Below, piece after piece: positions 10,336 to 17,197 of a stretch of 64,000 nt of DNA (positions are counted from its first letter, which is position 1; the number at the start of each line of letters is the position of its first letter). A program made the translations under genes and the position numbers. The DNA comes from a virus (taxonomy: Duplodnaviria; Heunggongvirae; Uroviricota; Caudoviricetes). The stretch covers positions 135,353 through 199,352 of IMG/VR virus record IMGVR_UViG_3300042549_004104; one strand, given 5' to 3'. Under the pieces are notes generated by a model. It was not told the origin of the DNA. It was given only the letters and a program-made list of their open reading frames with translations, and made no database searches.

Positions 10336-10584
10336 ATGAAAATTTTGAAGTTTTACGCAGATTGGTGCGGTCCATGTAAAATGTTATCAAAGACGATTGA
10401 TTCAATTAAAGAAGAAATTCCATTTGAAATTGAAGAAATCGATGCTGATAACAATTCAGATATGGCTGTGAAATATAAAATTCGTGGGCTGCCTACAATG
10501 ATTATTGTAGACGGTGATACGGAAATTAAACGACACACCGGTAACATGACTGCGGATCAAGTCAAAGATTTTGTAAAAATATAA
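10336..10584 (+). CDS. trxA: Thioredoxin
   Basis: FYADWCGPCK active site, IRGLPT cis-Pro motif; start moved to ATG at 10336 after AAGG. Confidence 0.93.
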   Translation: MKILKFYADWCGPCKMLSKTIDSIKEEIPFEIEEIDADNNSDMAVKYKIRGLPTMIIVDGDTEIKRHTGNMTADQVKDFVKI

Positions 10585-10603
10585 GTTATTGCTGTATGAA
10601 GCA
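10585..10603 (+). repeat. 19-nt direct repeat GTTATTGCTGTATGAAGCA, copy 1 (copy 2 at 11076-11094 is the 5' end of the tmRNA gene)
   Basis: Exact match seen in the sequence. Confidence 0.85.
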
Positions 10604-10614
10604 GAAGGAAAGTT

Positions 10615-10722
10615 ATGTTAGGTTTATGTTTATTTTTAGCATTTTGGGTAGTATTTGGTATAGGATATCTCACTAGAGATAAATCCAAAGACAAAGAAAA
10701 ACCTCAACACTTTGGTCACTGA
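10615..10722 (+). CDS. Small membrane peptide (35 aa)
   Basis: MLGLCLFLAFWVVFGIGYLTRDKSKDKEKPQHFGH; AAGGA RBS; TGATG overlap with next gene. Confidence 0.5.
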   Translation: MLGLCLFLAFWVVFGIGYLTRDKSKDKEKPQHFGH

Positions 10723-11075
10723 TGTCAGATCATCAGTTGGTCTGTTCTTTGATTAAAACTCAAGAACAAGTTGTTTACGATTACACCAAAAATAAATGCA
10801 GTCTTGTATTCACTGTATCTGTGATCAAAAACAAAGTTCGGTCTAAAAAAATATCCACAGCAGTTTTCAAGTATGATAAGGACAACAAATGGTATCCGCA
10901 TCACATTGAAGTATACCCTGACTACAAACGAACGGGTGTGGCCACGGTGATGTACGACATTGTGCAAAGTGAGATTGACGGAGTACTAGTTCCGAGCGAT
11001 GAACAAAGCGATGCAGCCAAAGAATTTTGGCGTAACAGGTCATTGACAACTCGCCTGAATAAATATATACTGTAG
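10722..11075 (+). CDS. GNAT-like acetyltransferase
   Basis: IEVYPDYKRTGVATVMY acetyl-CoA-binding motif A; QSDAAKEFW. Confidence 0.65.
   Translation: MSDHQLVCSLIKTQEQVVYDYTKNKCSLVFTVSVIKNKVRSKKISTAVFKYDKDNKWYPHHIEVYPDYKRTGVATVMYDIVQSEIDGVLVPSDEQSDAAKEFWRNRSLTTRLNKYIL
11043..11071 (+). promoter_or_regulatory. Sigma70 promoter for tmRNA with an embedded T4-type late element
   Basis: TTGACA-17nt-TATACT; AATAAATA within the spacer. Confidence 0.8.
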
Positions 11076-11154
11076 GTTATTGCTGTATGAAGCAAAGAGA
11101 AAAGTGTTCTGGACGGGGGTGCGAATCCCCCCAGGTCCACCATAAGGAGTTTGT

Positions 11155-11253
11155 ATGTGGCAAAGATTAGTTAATTGGTTGTCCGAAAGTTGGAAAGAAA
11201 CTGGAGAAGCGGCAACATGGACAGTTGACTGGGTATATGGCGATACAGACTGA
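11155..11253 (+). CDS. 32-aa Trp-rich ORF inside the tmRNA intervening segment
   Basis: TAAGGAG RBS immediately after CCA; MWQRLVNWLSESWKETGEAATWTVDWVYGDTD; fills 99 of 118 nt of the IVS. Confidence 0.6.
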   Translation: MWQRLVNWLSESWKETGEAATWTVDWVYGDTD

Positions 11254-11477
11254 TTATGATGGGCCTGCATAGTTTCGACAGGGCAAGTAGTAACAGAGTG
11301 GACAGCACGGGAATGTGAAACCTGTAGGATTGAGGTAACTTTAGTCGCTATACCCATAGTGTAGAAAGACGAAGCTCGGTCGAAGAAGCAAAAAAAGTAA
11401 CCGCAAACGACTCACAGTTCGCATTGGCTGCTTGATAAAAGCACCCTAGGGTAAGACATACCTCGTAACAGAAACTC

Positions 11478-11503
11478 AAATAGGCACTTCGGTGCCTATT
11501 TTT
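11478..11503 (+). terminator. Rho-independent terminator ending the tmRNA
   Basis: AAATAGGCAC-TTCG-GTGCCTATTT followed by T-run. Confidence 0.85.
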
Positions 11504-11515
11504 CTAGGTATCCTA

Positions 11516-12394
11516 ATGTATGATATATATTGTATGGATAAAATATTAATTTGCCAACCAGTAGGTGGAATCAATGACATGTTATGTCAAATTGGAATGT
11601 GTATTGAATATTCAGAAAAATTCAATAGAAAATTAATTATAGATACTACTAAATCTGATTTGAATGACCATTTTTCACATTATTTTGAAACCAATGACTT
11701 GGGTAAAAACATACAAATAGAACTGAGTATGAAGCAAATTAATACTTTTTATAATGATCCTTTATTTCCTAAAGATTGTTATCTAACTCATAGTGAACAC
11801 TTATATCCAATGTCAGTTCCATTAGACAGAGACTATAAAGATAAATTTTTATTGCATAGAACATGGGGCGGAGGAATAATGTCATTGTATGCATTAAAGT
11901 ATTTTAAACTTCAGGATTACTTAATTAATAGAATTAAAAAAAGAAAAAAGTCTTTAGGAACGTATCATGCAATATTGATAAGACATACTGATTACAATAC
12001 AGATTACAAGAACGCATTGAATGAAATTAAAGATATGAATTTACAAACGCCTCTATATGTTTTTACTGATAGCACTGAGGTTCAAGAATATGCTAGAACT
12101 TTAAAATTTAAAAAATTAATTGTCAATGAAAATATATACAAAGGAACGATGAATCATATTCCAATTATGCACTATTCAAGACTAGATCCAATGATTCTTC
12201 CATTTCAAATAAATGATGAAGTGTTAATGGATTTATTTTTAAGTAGTTTGTCAGAACATATTTACCCAACATATGTCACTGGATACCAAAACAATAATCA
12301 ATATGCTGATATTAAATTTAAAAGTGGTTTTGTAAATTTAGCCATTGAATTGAATAATGATAAAAAATTATTAAACAATATACTAGGAAATTAA
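11516..12394 (+). CDS. Fucosyltransferase/NodZ-like glycosyltransferase (GT-B)
   Basis: GGINDMLCQ, AILIRHTD, YVFTD, DLFLSS motifs; start uncertain (11516 or 11534). Confidence 0.55.
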   Translation: MYDIYCMDKILICQPVGGINDMLCQIGMCIEYSEKFNRKLIIDTTKSDLNDHFSHYFETNDLGKNIQIELSMKQINTFYNDPLFPKDCYLTHSEHLYPMSVPLDRDYKDKFLLHRTWGGGIMSLYALKYFKLQDYLINRIKKRKKSLGTYHAILIRHTDYNTDYKNALNEIKDMNLQTPLYVFTDSTEVQEYARTLKFKKLIVNENIYKGTMNHIPIMHYSRLDPMILPFQINDEVLMDLFLSSLSEHIYPTYVTGYQNNNQYADIKFKSGFVNLAIELNNDKKLLNNILGN

Positions 12395-12437
12395 CCTTTT
12401 TCTTTGACTTATTGTCTCAATAATATATACTATGCAC

Positions 12438-12728
12438 ATGAGTACTGAACAAGATAAATTTAACCATTCTAAGCGTTTACTCAAGGATGAAAACGCAATT
12501 AAGAAACAAACCAAGATTGCTAAGGCAGCAGGTATAAAAGTTGACGAACCGCATAAGTTTGCTAAACACCATGCACTGGATTGCGGTAATCCAGAATGTT
12601 TTTTATGCGGTAATCCTAGAAAAACGCATAAAGATAAATTAACTCAACAAGAAAAACGTTTATTTCAGGATGTAGACCAAGTACGTGATAAACATAGTAA
12701 TGGTCTAAGTAAAAATAAAGATGATTGA
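12438..12728 (+). CDS. Hypothetical protein with CxxxxCxxC metal-binding motif
   Basis: HALDCGNPECFLCGNPR; sigma70 promoter TTGACT-16-TATACT at 12404-12431. Confidence 0.7.
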   Translation: MSTEQDKFNHSKRLLKDENAIKKQTKIAKAAGIKVDEPHKFAKHHALDCGNPECFLCGNPRKTHKDKLTQQEKRLFQDVDQVRDKHSNGLSKNKDD

Positions 12729-12785
12729 TTAATTAATAAATATATTGCGTCAAATTTGACGCACTAACACTTAAAGGAGACACAC

Positions 12786-13265
12786 ATGCCGTTTGAGAAG
12801 GTATCAACTACATTACAGAATTTAGAAAGCGCACTTGCTGGTGAGTCAATGGCTCATATCAAGTATCGTTATTTCGCTAAGATTGCCCGTGAAGAAGGTC
12901 ATGAAGAAATTGCAAAGCATTTCGAACATACCGCAGATCAGGAAATCTTACATGCTTGGGGTCACTTGGAATTATTAATCGGTAAACCAAGTACCAAAGA
13001 ATGTTTACAGAAAGCAATTGACGGGGAAACATACGAGTTTACTACAATGTATCCGGGGTTTGAAACCGAAGCTAAAGCTGAGAATAACCAAATTGCATTG
13101 AATGAATTCAGAAACCAAATCAGTGAAAGTGCTGAACACGCCGACCAGTTTAAGGCTTTGTTAGTTAAAGCTGAAAAACGTTTCAGTGCTTTAAAACGTG
13201 TAGAAGAACGTCATGCGGCTGCATATCAAGATAAGTTAAATTCAGTTACCTTCCCGGTAATCTAA
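12786..13265 (+). CDS. rbr: Rubrerythrin (di-iron domain)
   Basis: NLESALAGESMA..Y..FA, QEILHA, GETYE..MYP, ExxH repeats; AAGGAG RBS. Confidence 0.9.
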   Translation: MPFEKVSTTLQNLESALAGESMAHIKYRYFAKIAREEGHEEIAKHFEHTADQEILHAWGHLELLIGKPSTKECLQKAIDGETYEFTTMYPGFETEAKAENNQIALNEFRNQISESAEHADQFKALLVKAEKRFSALKRVEERHAAAYQDKLNSVTFPVI

Positions 13266-13278
13266 TAAGGAGAATATA

Positions 13279-13407
13279 ATGGAACATATTTGTATTGTTT
13301 GTGGACATATCCACGATGAGGAAACAGAAGGTAAATGGGAAGAATTGCCAGAATCGTTTACTTGCCCCGAATGCGGAGTGGGTAAAGAAGATTACGAGAT
13401 TATTTAA
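13279..13407 (+). CDS. Rubredoxin (not in ORF track)
   Basis: MEHICIVCGHIHDEETEGKWEELPESFTCPECGVGKEDYEII: CxxCG...CPxCG; AAGGAG RBS. Confidence 0.9.
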   Translation: MEHICIVCGHIHDEETEGKWEELPESFTCPECGVGKEDYEII

Positions 13408-13438
13408 GATAAATACTACTTTAGAAGAGGGGACTACT

Positions 13439-13510
13439 ATGTGGACTAAACCAACAGCAATTGATATGCGTTTCGGTTTCGAAATCACAATGTATATTGC
13501 TAATCGCTGA
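13439..13510 (+). CDS. pqqA: Pyrroloquinoline quinone precursor peptide PqqA
   Basis: MWTKPTAIDMRFGFEITMYIANR: canonical W-x-x-P...RFGFE-x-x-x-Y; GAGGGGA RBS, own TAAATA promoter and terminator. Confidence 0.92.
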   Translation: MWTKPTAIDMRFGFEITMYIANR

Positions 13511-13526
13511 TATATACACTTGTTTT

Positions 13527-13551
13527 AAGGGGCTACATTGTAGCCCTTTTT
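13527..13551 (+). terminator. Rho-independent terminator after pqqA
   Basis: GGGCTAC-ATT-GTAGCCC followed by TTTTT. Confidence 0.75.
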
Positions 13552-13584
13552 GTGCCTAAAATACACAGTACTAAATAATACACA

Positions 13585-14235
13585 ATGAAGCCAAAAGTAG
13601 CCCTGTTCGTATATGATCCCAAATGTTCCGTGCAATCTGGAAACGGAATTATGAAGGCACTAGGGGAACAATATAATTTCAGACTGTTCTCTAAGAACGA
13701 AATGGAACAGGGTTTTTTTGATGATATTGATTTAGTTATATTTCCCGGTGGATTTGGAGACAGTGATAGCTACGATAGACTATTAAAAGATAACAAAGAA
13801 GCTATCATTAACTATGTTGATAAAGGTGGTCATTATCTTGGAATATGTATGGGAGCCTACTGGGCCGGATCACATTATTTCAACATCTTAAAAGATGTTG
13901 ACGCAGTGCAATATTTCAAACGTCCCGAAACTGATACACGAAGACCACATGCAAAAAACATAGCAGTTACTTGGGAAGACAAACCGATGAACATGTTTTG
14001 GTATGATGGATGTGCATTAGTTGGTGATAATACTAAGTATGAAACTATCTCAACATATAACAACGGTGATAGTATGGCTATCATACAAGATAACATAGGT
14101 TTAATTGGTTGTCATCCTGAAAGTGAGCAGTTCTGGTATGATAATTACAGTTGGATGAAGGGTAAGTATCATAATGGAGAACATCATAACATTTTATTAA
14201 ACTTTGTCAATAAGTTAATGAAACGGGACAATTAA
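13585..14235 (+). CDS. Class I glutamine amidotransferase-like / BPL_N domain protein
   Basis: FPGG, YLGICMGAY nucleophile elbow, HPE. Confidence 0.8.
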   Translation: MKPKVALFVYDPKCSVQSGNGIMKALGEQYNFRLFSKNEMEQGFFDDIDLVIFPGGFGDSDSYDRLLKDNKEAIINYVDKGGHYLGICMGAYWAGSHYFNILKDVDAVQYFKRPETDTRRPHAKNIAVTWEDKPMNMFWYDGCALVGDNTKYETISTYNNGDSMAIIQDNIGLIGCHPESEQFWYDNYSWMKGKYHNGEHHNILLNFVNKLMKRDN

Positions 14236-14241
14236 TTATAA

Positions 14242-14263
14242 TTGTCACTGAATTGTCACATAA
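14242..14263 (+). promoter_or_regulatory. Pho box (PhoB-binding) upstream of pstS
   Basis: TTGTCACTGAA-TTGTCACATAA: two 11-bp-period TGTCA repeats matching the Pho-box consensus. Confidence 0.75.
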
Positions 14264-14309
14264 TTCCTTCTAAATATTAGTGTAGTATAAATTTATAAGG
14301 AGACAATAA

Positions 14310-15320
14310 ATGAAACTATCAGCAATTCTAGTGACCTTATTACTGGTCACGGGTATCACACAAGCACAGACAATTACAGGGGCAGGCGCGACTTTCCCCT
14401 TTCCCATTTATAGTAAGTGGGCTGAAATCTATAGCGAAAAACACGATGTTCAATTAAATTACCAAAGCATCGGTAGTTCAGGTGGATTACGACAAATAAA
14501 AGCTAAGACAGTAACTTTTGGCGCAACAGATGCACCCATGTCAGGTGCAGAATTAGAAAAAGAAGGATTGGTTCAGTTCCCTGCTATAATCGGTGGCACT
14601 GTGCCTATTGTAAATCTACAAGGATTTAAACCAGGTGAATTGAGAATCACCGGTCAAATATTAGCAGAAATTTTCTTGGGTGACATATCTAAATGGAACG
14701 ATGCTAAGATACTAGCTCTCAATCCAGGTAAGGCATTACCAGATCAAACTATTACTGTTGTACATCGTGCAGATGGTTCAGGCACTACTTTTAACTGGAC
14801 TGATTATCTCAGTACAGCAAGTCCACAGTGGTTAGAGCGTGTGGGTCGTGGAGCCGCTGTAAAATGGCCTGCACCAACTTCTGTTGGTGGTAAGGGCAAT
14901 GAGGGTGTTGCAGCCAATGTAGCACGTGTCAAAGGTTCTATTGGCTACGTTGAATATGCTTATGTGAAGAAAAACAAATTGGTGTTCATGCAAATGCAGA
15001 ATCGCAATGGTCGTTGGGTATCACCAGATGACACTACATTCGCTGCCGCGGCTGCTGGTGCTGATTGGTTTAGTATACCTGGAATGGGTCTAAGCATCGT
15101 GGATCAAAAGGGAGACGCAGTGTGGCCAGTGACCACTGCCAGTTTTATTCTTATGTACAAGGATCCTGCAGACCGACGTCAAAGTGCCGAAGCATTAAAA
15201 TTCTTTGATTGGGCGTTTAAGAATGGGCAAAAGGCAGCAGTAGATTTGGACTACGTACCATTGCCAGACACCCTGACTCAACAGATTCGTGACCGTGTTT
15301 GGGTACAAATTAAGAAATAA
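14310..15320 (+). CDS. pstS: Phosphate ABC transporter substrate-binding protein PstS
   Basis: Signal peptide, ITGAGATFP, YQSIGSSGG, VHRADGSGTT, GKGNEGV, IGYVE. Confidence 0.96.
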   Translation: MKLSAILVTLLLVTGITQAQTITGAGATFPFPIYSKWAEIYSEKHDVQLNYQSIGSSGGLRQIKAKTVTFGATDAPMSGAELEKEGLVQFPAIIGGTVPIVNLQGFKPGELRITGQILAEIFLGDISKWNDAKILALNPGKALPDQTITVVHRADGSGTTFNWTDYLSTASPQWLERVGRGAAVKWPAPTSVGGKGNEGVAANVARVKGSIGYVEYAYVKKNKLVFMQMQNRNGRWVSPDDTTFAAAAAGADWFSIPGMGLSIVDQKGDAVWPVTTASFILMYKDPADRRQSAEALKFFDWAFKNGQKAAVDLDYVPLPDTLTQQIRDRVWVQIKK

Positions 15321-15324
15321 AAGG

Positions 15325-15353
15325 TTGACTTTATACAGTCATAAGTATATAAT
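15325..15353 (+). promoter_or_regulatory. Sigma70 promoter
   Basis: TTGACT-17nt-TATAAT. Confidence 0.75.
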
Positions 15354-15390
15354 CACAGATTAGACACAGTAAATTAACAAAGGAGAAATT

Positions 15391-15948
15391 ATGAAATTTA
15401 CAAAAGCAATCGCAGCCGCACTTTTGATGGCAGCAACCAGTACAGCATTTGCTAATGGCTATGCTACTTATGAGTATAGTGAAGAAGAAAACCGTGCAAC
15501 CAGCGCCAACAACATTGCCAACGCAGTGGTAGTTGGCTTTAAAGCTGCTGAAGGTTGGGACTACAGTCTCAAAAGCAACACCAGCCAAACTGCATTGGGT
15601 TCAGGTTCAATTAGTTCAGGTCTAGAAGTTCGTGCTAGAAAATCTATGGGCATGTTTTACTTGGGTGGACGCCTAGGTGAACGCATTACCAGCAGCACAC
15701 ACTTCAGCACCTATGCCATTGACGCAGGTGTTAAGTTTCCTTTGGCAGCTGGTTTTACTGGTGATGTAGGCGGACGCTATCGCAATGCACTTGACAGCGA
15801 CACTAACAGTACTTACGAAACCCAACGTGTACATGCTACTGTAGGTTATGCATTGACTAAAAAAGACGCAGTAGCGGTTCGTTTTTCACGTAGCTACGGT
15901 GACGAAGAAAAAGATGCATGGCGTTTAAGCTATACACGTAGTTTCTAA
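15391..15948 (+). CDS. Small outer-membrane beta-barrel (porin-like) protein
   Basis: Signal peptide ending AFA, alternating amphipathic strands, C-terminal YTRSF BAM signal. Confidence 0.75.
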   Translation: MKFTKAIAAALLMAATSTAFANGYATYEYSEEENRATSANNIANAVVVGFKAAEGWDYSLKSNTSQTALGSGSISSGLEVRARKSMGMFYLGGRLGERITSSTHFSTYAIDAGVKFPLAAGFTGDVGGRYRNALDSDTNSTYETQRVHATVGYALTKKDAVAVRFSRSYGDEEKDAWRLSYTRSF

Positions 15949-15994
15949 ATCGACCGCAAAGATTGAGCGGACACTGGAACTCGTAACCAGAACT

Positions 15995-16016
15995 AAGACC
16001 CGAAAGGGTCTTTTTT
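15995..16016 (+). terminator. Rho-independent terminator
   Basis: AAGACCC-GAAA-GGGTCTT followed by T-run. Confidence 0.85.
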
Positions 16017-16081
16017 AATGGGTAATATAAGCAGAATAATTAAAAGTAATTGTACTAAATATTAATTTAGAAGGAGCCATT

Positions 16082-16384
16082 ATGCGAAAAATAGCAATGG
16101 CGTTCCTATTCTGCCTAACTAGCTCTATAGCAAACGCCCAGGAGACCATTGATTTAACTAAACCAATGAAATGTTCAGACGCACAAACAGTAATGAATTA
16201 TTTTGTTGACACACATAAAGAAACACCAATCTGGGTTGGCAAATCAGTACACAATACACATATAACATTAATGATGAATAAAGAAACACGTTCATGGACT
16301 GTTATAGAATATGATTCTAGACTAGCATGTGTATTAGGTGCCGGCGAAGAAAAATCAGCTAGCGATCCAAACTTAGGCATATGA
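16082..16384 (+). CDS. Secreted hypothetical protein
   Basis: Signal peptide (ANA), two Cys in the mature part; AAGGAG RBS. Confidence 0.7.
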   Translation: MRKIAMAFLFCLTSSIANAQETIDLTKPMKCSDAQTVMNYFVDTHKETPIWVGKSVHNTHITLMMNKETRSWTVIEYDSRLACVLGAGEEKSASDPNLGI

Positions 16385-16471
16385 CTCAACAGTTATTGAT
16401 ACAAATCAATAATTAAATAATATTATAGTACACCAATAATAACAATAAAAAAGGGAACTATAATATTCTAA

Positions 16472-16777
16472 ATGAAAACTATAAACAAGGTGTTAATCGG
16501 GCTGGCTACAGTAACAACAGTATTAGCACCTTTAGTTCCAAAAAATATCAATATTAATATTAATCTTGAATCACCAAGGGCATTTAAAGAAAAATCTTAT
16601 AAATTAGTGAATACCACTTGCGACTTAAAAAATAATAATACTACTGATTCAGGAATGCAAGTATGTGAATACACTTGTAGGGGAGGTGACAAAGTTACGG
16701 TGTACAAAACATTTCGTTCAAATGCAGTAAATTGTCCCTCTACCACACGTGAAAATATAAAGGAAACTTCACGTTAA
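16472..16777 (+). CDS. Hypothetical secreted/membrane protein with four Cys
   Basis: N-terminal hydrophobic segment; C...CEYTC...CP. Confidence 0.6.
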   Translation: MKTINKVLIGLATVTTVLAPLVPKNINININLESPRAFKEKSYKLVNTTCDLKNNNTTDSGMQVCEYTCRGGDKVTVYKTFRSNAVNCPSTTRENIKETSR

Positions 16778-16789
16778 TTAAATAGATTA

Positions 16790-17044
16790 ATGAAGATAGA
16801 AACATCACTTGATTGGAAAAACATTTCGAATAAGTTACATGCTCAATTGAATAATTTACCCTACAATTCTGACCTACACAAAATGTTAAAAAACATTGAT
16901 AAGATGGTTGATGACTTGAGTAAACTAGAAGTTACTGCTAGACGTATTCGCAATACATCGTATCTATCTGATAAAATTTCAGATATTAACAAATCCATTA
17001 ACCATTTAGAAAAACTAATAGTAGTGGCAAATCTAATGAGATAA
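16790..17044 (+). CDS. Hypothetical coiled-coil protein
   Basis: 84 aa; ATG 5 nt after TAAATA. Confidence 0.6.
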   Translation: MKIETSLDWKNISNKLHAQLNNLPYNSDLHKMLKNIDKMVDDLSKLEVTARRIRNTSYLSDKISDINKSINHLEKLIVVANLMR

Positions 17045-17188
17045 TGTATTATCTTCAATAATTATTGGTTCAGGTCCAGGAATAAACTTATCTTGTACTT
17101 CATCATATGTTTGTAGTCGCAGTTAAGCTGCCTACTGTGAAGCTACCTGAAGTGTTTACCATAATGGTTCTAATTGTGTTAATGCCAT
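17033..17188 (-). pseudogene. Deletion scar: frameshifted tail-fibre N-terminus joined to the C-terminus of a small fibre-associated gene
   Basis: AAGGA RBS, MALTQLEP then frameshift to MVNTSGSFTVGSLTATTN (compare MSFTVLEPSSINSTATFTF, MSLTRLQPLSVNANADFTF), then TYDEVQDKFIPGPEP...* in another frame. Confidence 0.55.
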
Positions 17189-17197
17189 TGTTTATCC

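Larger units (their letters stand above)
11076..11503 (+). ncRNA. ssrA: Circularly permuted (two-piece) tmRNA
   Basis: Acceptor piece first: T-arm GGGGG-TGCGAAT-CCCCC then CAGGTCCACCA ending 11142. Coding piece starts GGGCCTG (11261) and pairs with CAGGTCC with a G3:U70 pair; TTCGAC D-loop; tag ANDSQFALAA** at 11403-11438. Confidence 0.93.

Noticed and set aside
11105-11142. Stand-alone tRNA ending CCACCA
   Set aside because: No upstream 5' acceptor strand or anticodon arm; the partner strand is downstream at 11261, so this is the tmRNA acceptor piece.
10922-11357. Minus-strand ORFs 10922..11143 and 11040..11357
   Set aside because: Antisense shadows of the tmRNA gene.
13295-13510. 71-aa ORF from the track
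   Set aside because: Its 5' part is an alternative frame over rubredoxin; only the last 23 codons (PqqA, with own RBS) are credible.
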